A stretch of 64,000 bases of DNA from Eubacteriales bacterium (GTDB lineage Bacteria > Bacillota > Clostridia > Oscillospirales > CAG-272), in assembly GCA_045659405.1 (NCBI GenBank), contig JAZOWX010000065.1, positions 9,574-73,573 of the forward strand, written 5' to 3'. Every line of letters begins with the position of its first letter. The first letter of the stretch is position 1. A model generated the notes under the pieces. It was not told the origin of the DNA and ran no database searches. It saw only the letters and a program-made list of their open reading frames with translations. A program made the position numbers and the translations under genes. This document shows, in pieces, positions 27,807-35,542 of the stretch.

Positions 27807-28070
27807 TTACTCGGCAAAACCGCTGTCAATAAGGTCACAAAGCCCCACAACAGCCTTTGCCTCGTCTATTCCGTCAGCGATGAGGGTTATTGTCGTACCC
27901 TTAACTATGCCGAGGGAGAGAACTCCGAGCAAGCTCTTTGCATTCACACGGCAATCATCCTTTTCAACCCAAACAGAACACTTGTATGAGTTCGCTTTCT
28001 GGATAAAGAAGGTTGCGGGTCTTGCGTGCAAGCCTACGCTGTTCTGTATTGTAACGTTGCGTGATACCAT
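27807..28070 (-). CDS. ptsH: HPr family phosphocarrier protein
   Basis: I prefer the start at MVSRNVTIQN (28070) with GGAG upstream. His-15 context GLHARPA and Ser-46 context NAKSLLGVLSLG. Confidence 0.9.
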   Translation of the reverse strand: MVSRNVTIQNSVGLHARPATFFIQKANSYKCSVWVEKDDCRVNAKSLLGVLSLGIVKGTTITLIADGIDEAKAVVGLCDLIDSGFAE

Positions 28071-28104
28071 CGAAATATCTCCTTCGAGCTGTCTTAATAT
28101 AACA

Positions 28105-28133
28105 AGTATACCAAAAAGAAATACAAAAATCAA
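28105..28133 (-). promoter_or_regulatory. Sigma-A type promoter of the HPr gene
   Basis: Minus strand TTGATT, 17 nt, TATACT. Confidence 0.5.
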
Positions 28134-28229
28134 TACTTTTTTACAAAAAAGCTTTGAAATTTTTTCACAAAAAGTATATAAATAAAGGAATATCCTTGCT
28201 GAAAAATGCATAAAAATGCAGATTTTTCT

Positions 28230-30011
28230 CTAATCAACGTCGATATCCACCGACGAGGATTGCATTGAGAGCGTGTCTGTGAAATATCCGAGCCGCTCGT
28301 CATGCTCGGTTTTTGAAGCCCTGAGCATTGCGCTTCCGATACCGAATACAACGAAGAAAAGACAGTATATAGCAGGGTCTGCAAACACGTTCTCGAAAAT
28401 ACCGAGCAAAAGAAGCGAGTACACAGTGCCGCTCATAGTAAGCGATGCAGAGGTGACCGATTTGTGCGCATAGGGCAGGTATTTGTAAACGTGAGCCGAG
28501 CGTATCAGCATCAGGATAAGGAAGAGCATCGGCACGAAAATTCCGCCCTCGCACCCAAGCTGTAAGAGCAGATTTCCCGAGCTTTTGTAGGCAACTCCCG
28601 TGATGTCCGATATAGCCTGTGAAAACGGAGCTTCACCGATACCGACACCAAAGAGCAGGTTTTTGACAAGCAGCTTTGCCGAGGCGGCTGTTGCTGCGGC
28701 ACGCTCGGTGACAACCGTCGGGTTGAGGCCTGTTTTTTCTGCAAGTGATATGATAGCGCTTTCGGGTATAAAATACACAAAATGCAATAAAATGTAAATA
28801 ATTATCGTCAAATATAGTGCTTTTTTGTTCTTCGAAGCGGCGGTAATGAGGATTGCGCTTATCAGGATTGCTGTAATTGCATCTACTCTTGTTGCAAGAA
28901 TTATGGCGATGATATCAAGCAGTAAAAGAACTGCGAAAATCATTCCCGCACGTCCTCGCTCAAAGTATTTGAACAAGAGATAGGAGCATATTGCCGCCAC
29001 GGTTAGAAAGGCGGAAAGCGTACCGCCCGAGGTAAAGGTTGCCGTAATTTCGTACTCGGCGAGCGATATATCCGAGCTAACCGAGGCTTTTATAAACTCT
29101 ACCGCGGTCATTACCGAAATCGGCAGGGATGAGAGCGATATTGCCGTCAGTGCGCACTCGTAAAGGCGTCTGTTCGTAATTATGTTACTTGCCGCAAAAT
29201 ATCCCAGCGCAAGAGCCAACGAGAACATCGAATTTATAAATGAGGACATACCGCCGAGGAAAATACCGCTTATGAGCATAAAGAATAGCATCATCAGTAT
29301 CACAAGGTCGTACTGCTCAAAGCTGTATACTCGCTTTCCCGTCAGCACCTTTCTTGTAAACGAAAGTGCGCAAATAGCGATAAGAACAGAGAGAATTGTT
29401 CTGTCAAACTCAAAAATCGGGGTTATAGGAAGCACGAGTAGTGTGGTAAATAGCGAAAATTCGGGTGAGGCTATGGCAACGGCAAGATAAATCGTCGCAC
29501 CGATAGCCAAAGCTACGGTTCTGGCGGGAATGAAATACCCAAGCGCCGCAAGAAGAATACCGATAAAGGCGGCTGTGGGAGCGTTCATTGTGCGCTCACT
29601 TTTTGTAACCGACTTTTTTATTCTCAAAAAGTCAAAAAGGATAAAATCTGTGACAGCCCATTCCTGAAGCCCCTCTGACAGTGGCTTGTCAAAAATGAGA
29701 AGCGTCGCTGCAATAAGCGAAAACGAAGCGCCTACAATCAGCGCCCCGTAAGCATCTGTGCCGGATGCGCCGAGTGAGCTTTTTGCAAACTGAATGAATA
29801 TAGTCAACAGACCGAAAAGCAGAAAGAGTATGCCGTAATTGCGAAGCTTCGTGTAGGCAAGAGCGTTTGTAAGGCTTTTGAGTGGAGAAAAGAATTCTGC
29901 GCTTTTTCTCGAAACCTTTCCGCTGAATTTGCGGCAGAAGAAGCTCTTTTCACGCTGACCGTCGCAAAATTCGTATCCCTTGATAAGCGAGGCGAGTGTG
30001 TTATTCTTCAC
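28230..30011 (-). CDS. Large polytopic membrane protein (possibly O-antigen ligase/polymerase-like)
   Basis: 593-aa ORF with ten or more hydrophobic segments. Its start overlaps the trmD stop by 11 nt, so it belongs to the same operon. The function guess is weak. Confidence 0.6.
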   Translation of the reverse strand: MKNNTLASLIKGYEFCDGQREKSFFCRKFSGKVSRKSAEFFSPLKSLTNALAYTKLRNYGILFLLFGLLTIFIQFAKSSLGASGTDAYGALIVGASFSLIAATLLIFDKPLSEGLQEWAVTDFILFDFLRIKKSVTKSERTMNAPTAAFIGILLAALGYFIPARTVALAIGATIYLAVAIASPEFSLFTTLLVLPITPIFEFDRTILSVLIAICALSFTRKVLTGKRVYSFEQYDLVILMMLFFMLISGIFLGGMSSFINSMFSLALALGYFAASNIITNRRLYECALTAISLSSLPISVMTAVEFIKASVSSDISLAEYEITATFTSGGTLSAFLTVAAICSYLLFKYFERGRAGMIFAVLLLLDIIAIILATRVDAITAILISAILITAASKNKKALYLTIIIYILLHFVYFIPESAIISLAEKTGLNPTVVTERAAATAASAKLLVKNLLFGVGIGEAPFSQAISDITGVAYKSSGNLLLQLGCEGGIFVPMLFLILMLIRSAHVYKYLPYAHKSVTSASLTMSGTVYSLLLLGIFENVFADPAIYCLFFVVFGIGSAMLRASKTEHDERLGYFTDTLSMQSSSVDIDVD

Positions 30012-30753
30012 TTTTTTTCACCGTCCTCCGCTTTTTCTTCGGCTGAAGCGCAGCTTCGTATTCGGGGTGCAAAATAAGCAGCTCGGGGCGTCTTTCACGG
30101 GTTATCTTTACCGCCTCTTCGTGACGGTAGCGCTCTATTTTTGCGTGGTCGCCCGACAGCAGCACCTCGGGAACCTCTCTGCCTAAAAAGCTGCGAGGCT
30201 TTGTGTACTGCGGATATTCGAGAATACCCGAAGCGTGCGACTCACCCTCGTAGCATTCTGGGGATGAGAGCGTACCCTCAAGCAGTCTTGACACCGAGTC
30301 TATAACGATACAAGCGGGGATTTCACCGCCGGTCACAACGTAGTCACCGATTGATATTTCCTCGTCTACTATCTCGTCTATTATTCGCTGGTCAACACCC
30401 TCGTAATGACCGCAAAGAAATATCAGTCTGTCATAGTCGGTAAGCTCCTTTGCAACTGCGTGCGTAAAGATCCTGCCGCGCGGAGACATATATATGACAC
30501 GCTGACGCTCTCCGTCGGGCGCTGAATCTACGATACTGCGATAGCAGTCGTAAATCGGCTGGCAGGTCATAACCATTCCGACACCGCCGCCATACGGGGT
30601 ATCGTCTGTATTTCTGTGCTTGTTGGTGCTAAAGTCACGTATATTGTGCGAGCGAAGCGAGATAATACCCGCCTTCCTGGCTCTGCCTATTATGCTCTCT
30701 CCGAGTACCGTGTTTACCATATCGGGGAAGAGCGTCATAACGTCAAATTTCAT
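30001..30753 (-). CDS. trmD: tRNA (guanine37-N1)-methyltransferase
   Basis: 250-aa ORF with the PYGGGVGMVM motif, coupled to rimM. Confidence 0.96.
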   Translation of the reverse strand: MKFDVMTLFPDMVNTVLGESIIGRARKAGIISLRSHNIRDFSTNKHRNTDDTPYGGGVGMVMTCQPIYDCYRSIVDSAPDGERQRVIYMSPRGRIFTHAVAKELTDYDRLIFLCGHYEGVDQRIIDEIVDEEISIGDYVVTGGEIPACIVIDSVSRLLEGTLSSPECYEGESHASGILEYPQYTKPRSFLGREVPEVLLSGDHAKIERYRHEEAVKITRERRPELLILHPEYEAALQPKKKRRTVKKSEE

Positions 30754-31265
30754 ACCTCGTCAAAGAAGCCGGGTATCGGGCGCACAAAAACGCCTCGATT
30801 TTCGTCTATCTCCTTTACAAATTCGCTGACAGCGGGGAAAAGCACCTCGCCCCCCTCGGTCTGTACCGTATAAATTTTGCTCCTCGGAGCATCTGTGATG
30901 TCCTTTATTTTTCCGTAAACACGTCCGGTATCGACGTCAATTACGTCAAGACCTATCATATCCTGAAGCAGCATCTGCCCGGGCTTTACGGGGATATCCT
31001 CTCTTTTGAGATAGAGGACTGTATTTTTCATAGCGAAAGCTTCCTCTCTCGAAGAAACACCGAGAAGGCCGAGCAAAACAAGGTTTCCGCTAACAGATGC
31101 AGAAGCTACCTTATACTCGTTGTATTTGCCGTCAGAATCGGCAACGAACACTCGCCTCTGCGCCGCTAAAACCTTCGGGGAGTCACACCAAGGCTCCACC
31201 TTTAAAATTCCGCGAACACCGTGTGCCGCACACACCCGTCCGCACTCCAAAAATTCCTTTTTCAT
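30750..31265 (-). CDS. rimM: Ribosome maturation factor RimM
   Basis: I prefer the start at MKKEFLECGRV (31265). It has the GVRGILKVEPW motif and overlaps the trmD start. Confidence 0.9.
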   Translation of the reverse strand: MKKEFLECGRVCAAHGVRGILKVEPWCDSPKVLAAQRRVFVADSDGKYNEYKVASASVSGNLVLLGLLGVSSREEAFAMKNTVLYLKREDIPVKPGQMLLQDMIGLDVIDVDTGRVYGKIKDITDAPRSKIYTVQTEGGEVLFPAVSEFVKEIDENRGVFVRPIPGFFDEV

Positions 31266-31364
31266 ATCATATATTTTAGCATATATAATTCTAATTGTCA
31301 ATTAAGAATAGAATAATCGCAAAACGGAAAAATAAAAAATGAGCAAAATCTTTTTCCAAAGCTA

Positions 31365-31393
31365 TTGACTTTTTGAAAATCGTATGATATAAT
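31365..31393 (+). promoter_or_regulatory. Consensus sigma-A promoter of the tRNA-Met/tRNA-Glu operon
   Basis: TTGACT, 17 nt, TATAAT, about 30 nt before the tRNA-Met 5' end. Confidence 0.75.
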
Positions 31394-31422
31394 GTTCAAG
31401 CGGTTTGTAAAGAAATACATTT

Positions 31423-31499
31423 GGCGGATTAGCTCAGTTGGCTAGAGCGTCCGGTTCATACCCGGCAGGTCGTTGGTTCAAATCCGACATCCGCTACCA
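31423..31499 (+). tRNA. tRNA-Met (CAT), elongator type
   Basis: Manual cloverleaf: acceptor GGCGGAT/ATCCGCT, D-arm GCTCAGTTGGCTAGAGC, anticodon loop TTCATAC, T-arm GTTGGTTCAAATCCGAC, encoded CCA. Confidence 0.9.
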
Positions 31500-31504
31500 C
31501 CGCC

Positions 31505-31579
31505 GGCTCGTTGGTCAAGCGGTTAAGACACGGCCCTTTCACGGCTGTAACAGCGGTTCGATTCCGCTACGAGTCACCA
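31505..31579 (+). tRNA. tRNA-Glu (TTC)
   Basis: GGCTCGTTGGTCAAGCGGTTAAGACACGGCCCTTTCACGGCTGTAACAGCGGTTCGATTCCGCTACGAGTCACCA. Anticodon loop CTTTCAC; encoded CCA. Confidence 0.93.
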
Positions 31580-31583
31580 AAAA

Positions 31584-31614
31584 GAACGTCACCCAATCGG
31601 GTGACGTTCTTTTT
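31584..31614 (+). terminator. Intrinsic terminator after tRNA-Glu
   Basis: GAACGTCACCC-aatc-GGGTGACGTTC followed by TTTTT. Confidence 0.9.
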
Positions 31615-31663
31615 GCTAACCCGCAGCCTCATCGAACACGCCTCCGTTGCAGAGCAACGGACT

Positions 31664-31983
31664 GCGGTTCGCATTTCCGCCGCAGCCGTGTCAAGCTCGC
31701 TTGTAAGCGGCAAGGCAGGAAATATTCATCTGTGATGAAATTCCGCTATAGCACCCGAATGGGTGCTTTTTTCATTTCGTGGTGACTCGTAGCAGGAATC
31801 TCCCCGAGCGACGAAGTCGTGGGCGGTATTGCCGCTCGCACCAAATCCTATAAGAGTGAAAAAGCCGTTACATAAACTTACAATTTCCCTTGCTCGCCGG
31901 GCAAGATACCGTCTGCGACGGTATGCGCCACATTGCTCCGCCGCTTTCGTGTCGAAAGCCTTGCAGGGCGGCAAATTCCGCTA
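31664..31983. repeat. Scattered ghost fragments of the tRNA-Glu 3' half
   Basis: 31664-31681 GCGGTTCGCATTTCCGCC resembles the T-arm. The exact 9-mer ATTCCGCTA (tRNA positions 31561-31569) recurs at 31740-31748 and 31975-31983. At 31780-31800 the minus strand reads GATTCCTGCTACGAGTCACCA, which is the tRNA-Glu 3' end with a one-nt insertion. Confidence 0.8.
31751..31772 (+). terminator. Intrinsic terminator-like hairpin
   Basis: GCACCC-gaat-GGGTGC followed by TTTTTT. Confidence 0.7.
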
Positions 31984-31999
31984 TAAAACCGAAGAATAG

Positions 32000-32026
32000 G
32001 ACACCACGTTTGTGGTGTCTTCTTGT
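32000..32026 (+). terminator. Hairpin terminator-like element
   Basis: GACACCAC-gttt-GTGGTGTC followed by TTCTTGTATT. Confidence 0.55.
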
Positions 32027-32041
32027 ATTCTATATTATTCA

Positions 32042-32070
32042 TTGACTTTGCAGTAAGCATATGGTATAAT
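32042..32070 (+). promoter_or_regulatory. Consensus sigma-A promoter (extended -10) of the AAC(3)-like gene
   Basis: TTGACT, 17 nt ending in TGG, then TATAAT. This leaves a leader of about 170 nt before the ATG at 32249. Confidence 0.7.
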
Positions 32071-32248
32071 TAGCCAACACCCAGCTAAATCGAACACACA
32101 GAGGGGATATATAAATCGGCATATTTATGCCCGATATTCTTTGTGAATTCGTACTTTAATAGGGTGCTGAACCGAAATCCGTTCGAATTCTATTAGCCCT
32201 TGGCTCGAAAAATTTTGAAAAGACAGATATGCGACTTTAGGAGATAGT

Positions 32249-33060
32249 ATGTATTCAAAGCAGGATATATTAAAGCAATTGAGAAATATGAAAGCGCCGC
32301 AGGACAGCGTGGTTATGATGCATTCTGCGTTCCGCACGGTTGGCGGGTTTGAGGGGGGCGCTGAGGCTTTTCTTGACACGCTGATAGAGTATTTTACCGA
32401 AAAGGGCGGATTATTCTGTGTGCCTGCCCACACCGCAGGCAACTGGTTTTTCGGCAAGGAAATTCACTTGATATGCTTAGCTCGGAAACTGACCTCGGTA
32501 TTTTAGCAAAAATAGCTATTGAAAGAGCTGACGGCGTACGCTCGGAAAATCCTATGCTTTCTACCGTTGTGTTCGGTGACAGGGCGAAAGCCGAGGCATT
32601 CGTAAAGGATGACCAATTTATCAAGACACCGACAGCGCCGGAAAGCTGCTTTGGTAAGCTTTATCAGCAGAACGGATACGTGCTTTTGCTCGGAGTCGGT
32701 CAAGAAAAAAATACGTTTTTGCATAGTGTCGGTGAAATTCTGGAGCTTGATGACCGCATGTCGGACGAAAATGTGAAAGCCACTGTCAGACGCAAGTCAG
32801 GAGAAATTGTCGAGCGGGAGCTTCGCCTTTATCATTGTGAGAAAACGTTTGACGTTTCTTTGCGATTCCCAAAATATGAGGTAGCCTTCCGTTATCACGG
32901 TGGTATCACAGACGGCTTTATCGGAGATGCACCGATACAGCTTTGCAGCGCTGTGAAAATGACGGATACCGTCAAACTCATCTTCGAAAATTCGGACGGA
33001 CAGGACCCGTTAGGCTCGGAATTTCCTATTTCTCAAAAATGGTTTTGTAAAGGGAAGTGA
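32249..33060 (+). pseudogene. Aminoglycoside N3-acetyltransferase (AAC(3)/YokD-like) family gene, frameshifted
   Basis: Two overlapping ORFs (32249..32506 and 32473..33060) together cover the family. Adding one T to the T5 run at 32447-32451 joins them as ...VPAHTAGNWFFRQGNSLDMLSSETDLGILAKIA... Confidence 0.75.
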
Positions 33061-33092
33061 GATTTCAGCGAAAAACGCTCGGATTCTCATGA

Positions 33093-33516
33093 GTGGAGTT
33101 TGCTTTGCAAACACGCAGCTTAAAGCGTGAGTAGAGCCAAAAAAGCCGACTACAAAACGTTTTTCAATGCACAGCACAGAAGCGCTATGCTACCACAGGT
33201 ATTCGCCTATGGCGAAGATACCCACGCTCTGCGCCTGAAGAACAAGCTCTTCGAGCTTCGAGCGGGGTATGCGAACCGGGGTTTGCTATGCAAACACGCA
33301 GCTCAAAGCGTGAGTAGAGCCAAAAAAGCGTCACCCAATCGGGTGACTGTGCTACCACAGGTATTCGCCTATGGCGAAGATACCCACGCTCTGCGCCTGA
33401 AGAACAAGCTCTTCGAGCTTCGAGCGGGGTATGTGAACCGGGGTTTGCTTTGCAAACACGCAGCTCAAAGCGTGAGTAGAGCCAAAAAAGAGTCACCCAA
33501 TAGGGTGACGCCTTTT
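33093..33516 (-). repeat. 162-bp tandem repeat (about 2.6 copies) downstream of tRNA-Thr
   Basis: Units start at 33189 and 33351, with only a few mismatches seen by eye. Each unit has several hairpins (GTTTGC-aaa-GCAAAC, AAGCTC-gaa-GAGCTT, GGTATCTTCGCC-ata-GGCGAATACC). Each ends in the terminator hairpin GTCACCCAAT(C/A)GGGTGAC. Confidence 0.9.
33484..33516 (-). terminator. Intrinsic terminator after tRNA-Thr
   Basis: GTCACCC-tatt-GGGTGAC followed by TTTTTT on the minus strand. Confidence 0.85.
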
Positions 33517-33592
33517 TGGAGCTGCTAGCCAGATTTGAACTGGGGACCTCATCCTTACCAAGGATGTGCTCTACCAACTGAGCCATAGCAGC
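33517..33592 (-). tRNA. tRNA-Thr (GGT)
   Basis: Minus strand GCTGCTATGGCTCAGTTGGTAGAGCACATCCTTGGTAAGGATGAGGTCCCCAGTTCAAATCTGGCTAGCAGCTCCA. Anticodon loop TTGGTAA. There is one C-C mismatch at the base of the T-stem. CCA is encoded. Confidence 0.85.
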
Positions 33593-33620
33593 ATATTGAG
33601 TTTTGTCCGTGACGGTTAGT

Positions 33621-33649
33621 ATTATATCAAAAAAATATTTTTTTGTCAA
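33621..33649 (-). promoter_or_regulatory. Perfect-consensus sigma-A promoter of tRNA-Thr
   Basis: Minus strand TTGACA, 17 nt, TATAAT, about 28 nt upstream of the tRNA 5' end. Confidence 0.8.
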
Positions 33650-33807
33650 TAGGTTAATGCGAAATTTTAGAGCAAATTTCAAAAAAGTAAATTCTGAAGC
33701 CAAAAGGGCGCTCGGGCGTCTTGCGTATCGCCCGAAAAATGCGGAAATCCGAAATATCCGTTTAAAATAAATTTATCATCTCACAATATATAAAAACTCG
33801 AGGTGGT

Positions 33808-34713
33808 ATGCCTATGGACTTCATTCTTTTGCTCTATCCCATAACCTGCCTTTTATCCTATGCTTTAGCGCTGCATATAGCGAAGCTTTCATTTCGTGTG
33901 GGTGCTGTTGACCTGCCCGACGGTGGGCGAAAGCTTCACAAAATGCCTATGCCAAAGCTTGGCGGTGTCGGGATATATTCAGCCTTTGCGGTGGGCTTGA
34001 TTCTTGATTTTCTGCTTGTCGGGGCGGATTTTCGTATTTTTGGCGGTGGGGTTGGCACAGCGCCCGACAGACTTGCTTTCCTGCAGCTCACCTTTGGTGC
34101 GGCTTCTGTCATCATAGGCGCGGCTGACGACGTTTTTTCTTACGGGGCGGCAAAAAAACTGACGCTCGGTGCGGCTTTGTCGCTTATAAGCGCACTTTAT
34201 ATGACCGATTTTTCGGATTTTGCCCTGCCGATGACTTATTTTCTGCGTGTTTTGGGCAACGCTCTGTTTATACTTCTTATTATGAATGCCTTTAATATGT
34301 CAGACGGCGCAGACGGACTTTGCGCAACGCTGGCTCTTGTACCGCTGCTTTTTTTGTCAGGCAATTCTGCGGCAGGGCTGGTTTTCTTTTCGGTTCTCGG
34401 ATTTTTGCCGCACAACATACCTGCGAAAATTTATCTCGGTGAATCGGGTGCGGGATTTCTCGGTTATTTTGCGGCGGTAACCTTTCTTTACGGCGGTGCT
34501 GACGGCGGCGCAATTTTTGCATTTTTACCGTATATCGTCGAGCTGACAAGCACGGTTATAAGACGTGCCGCTCTTGGGAAGCACCCGTTTTCGGCAGACC
34601 GTGGGCATATACACCACAAGCTCATAGCGCTCGGATTTAATCCGCACGGTGTTGCCTCGGTTATGACGGCAGCCGCGGCTCTCATTTCGGCTGCGGCTTT
34701 AATCGTCGGCTGA
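33808..34713 (+). CDS. Glycosyltransferase family 4 (MraY/WecA-like polyprenyl-phosphate sugar-1-phosphate transferase)
   Basis: 301-aa polytopic ORF with the NAFNMSDGADGL motif and a C-terminal HIHH segment. Confidence 0.85.
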   Translation: MPMDFILLLYPITCLLSYALALHIAKLSFRVGAVDLPDGGRKLHKMPMPKLGGVGIYSAFAVGLILDFLLVGADFRIFGGGVGTAPDRLAFLQLTFGAASVIIGAADDVFSYGAAKKLTLGAALSLISALYMTDFSDFALPMTYFLRVLGNALFILLIMNAFNMSDGADGLCATLALVPLLFLSGNSAAGLVFFSVLGFLPHNIPAKIYLGESGAGFLGYFAAVTFLYGGADGGAIFAFLPYIVELTSTVIRRAALGKHPFSADRGHIHHKLIALGFNPHGVASVMTAAAALISAAALIVG

Positions 34714-35480
34714 CCTGCGTGAGTCGCTTATAGCCGCTTGCAGTAAAGGCTGTCTTTCATTCCTACAAAAGCGCAAAAGAGACAGCCTCGACACCGCTCG
34801 AAACGAATATATGAGGCTCGTATTTTTGAAGCGCATGAAGCGCGATTGAAAGCGTGGCGCAAACGGCAAAACCTAACAATATGCTAACAATCATTGACTT
34901 TTTGATAGGATTTTGCCCGTTTACACCGATGTTCCGACCTGCAAAGGCTATGGCTACGAGAGAGCGCTCCTTTTGCACGGGCTGCCACGTTTTCAATATA
35001 TACGGCTGTCGTGTTGCCTGCGATTCAGGGTGAGCCGAAGCCGTTTATTGCCGAGCGAATTTTGATATTTGATACGGTACAAAGCGCCGAGCGAAGCTGT
35101 GACTTCAAGCGACGTGTGTATTGTTTTTTGCACCTGCCAAAAAACCGTGTGCCGACGGAGCGAGCCGCCCTGATTTCAGCGCCCTCGGCTATGCCGAGCA
35201 TACAGCTTGCGGGCAGGGCAAGGGGCTTGTCGCTCGGGTTGATGCGACGGCTGCGACGGCTGCGCTGTCTGGTGACAGCACTTTTACTTCGCGAGTGGAC
35301 GTCACAAGGGGGATAACCGACTCAAATATGAGGATTCATATGGCTTTTGGTGAATTTGCCTCGGGCTGACGTTGGCTATAAGTCCGTAAAGCCCGAAAAA
35401 GCTATACAAAATATGGTATTTTCATAAATATATGTAAATGTTTCATAAAAAGCGGCTGCAAATTTTATTATAAAAGTTAA

Positions 35481-35509
35481 TTGAAAAAAATGCGGCAATA
35501 TGATACAAT
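35481..35509 (+). promoter_or_regulatory. Sigma-A type promoter of the 1401-aa gene
   Basis: TTGAAA, 17 nt, TACAAT. The RBS AAGGAG precedes the ATG at 35543. Confidence 0.6.
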
Positions 35510-35542
35510 AAATAAAAAGTATATTTTAAGGAGTCTTACTAT

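Noticed and set aside
27574-27810. Possible link between the 16-bp unit (minus strand TGCCGAGATTTTCAAC) and the HPr gene end (..TTTGCCGAGTAA), which would be another 3'-end ghost.
   Set aside because: Only a 7-nt match (TGCCGAG) is shared. The array lies beyond the terminator and the units do not preserve a stop codon. That is too weak to group with the lysS, PRT and sigG cases.
33127-33703. ORFs of 133 aa (+) and 172 aa (-) across the 162-bp tandem repeat and tRNA-Thr.
   Set aside because: They exist only because the repeat happens to lack stops. The minus-strand one reads straight through a tRNA gene and its terminator hairpins.
34763-34996. 77-aa minus-strand ORF with one hydrophobic segment.
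   Set aside because: It has a TTG start without an RBS, and the internal ATG also lacks one. Its 3' end coincides with the arms of the hairpin (GGCTGTCT...AGACAGCC) that probably terminates the convergent GT4 gene. There is not enough support to call it.
35011-35369. Overlapping plus-strand ORFs (101 aa and 82 aa) in the GC-rich spacer.
   Set aside because: They have Arg/Leu/Ala/Cys-rich, non-protein-like sequences and no RBS. The region is treated as non-coding (see the finding).
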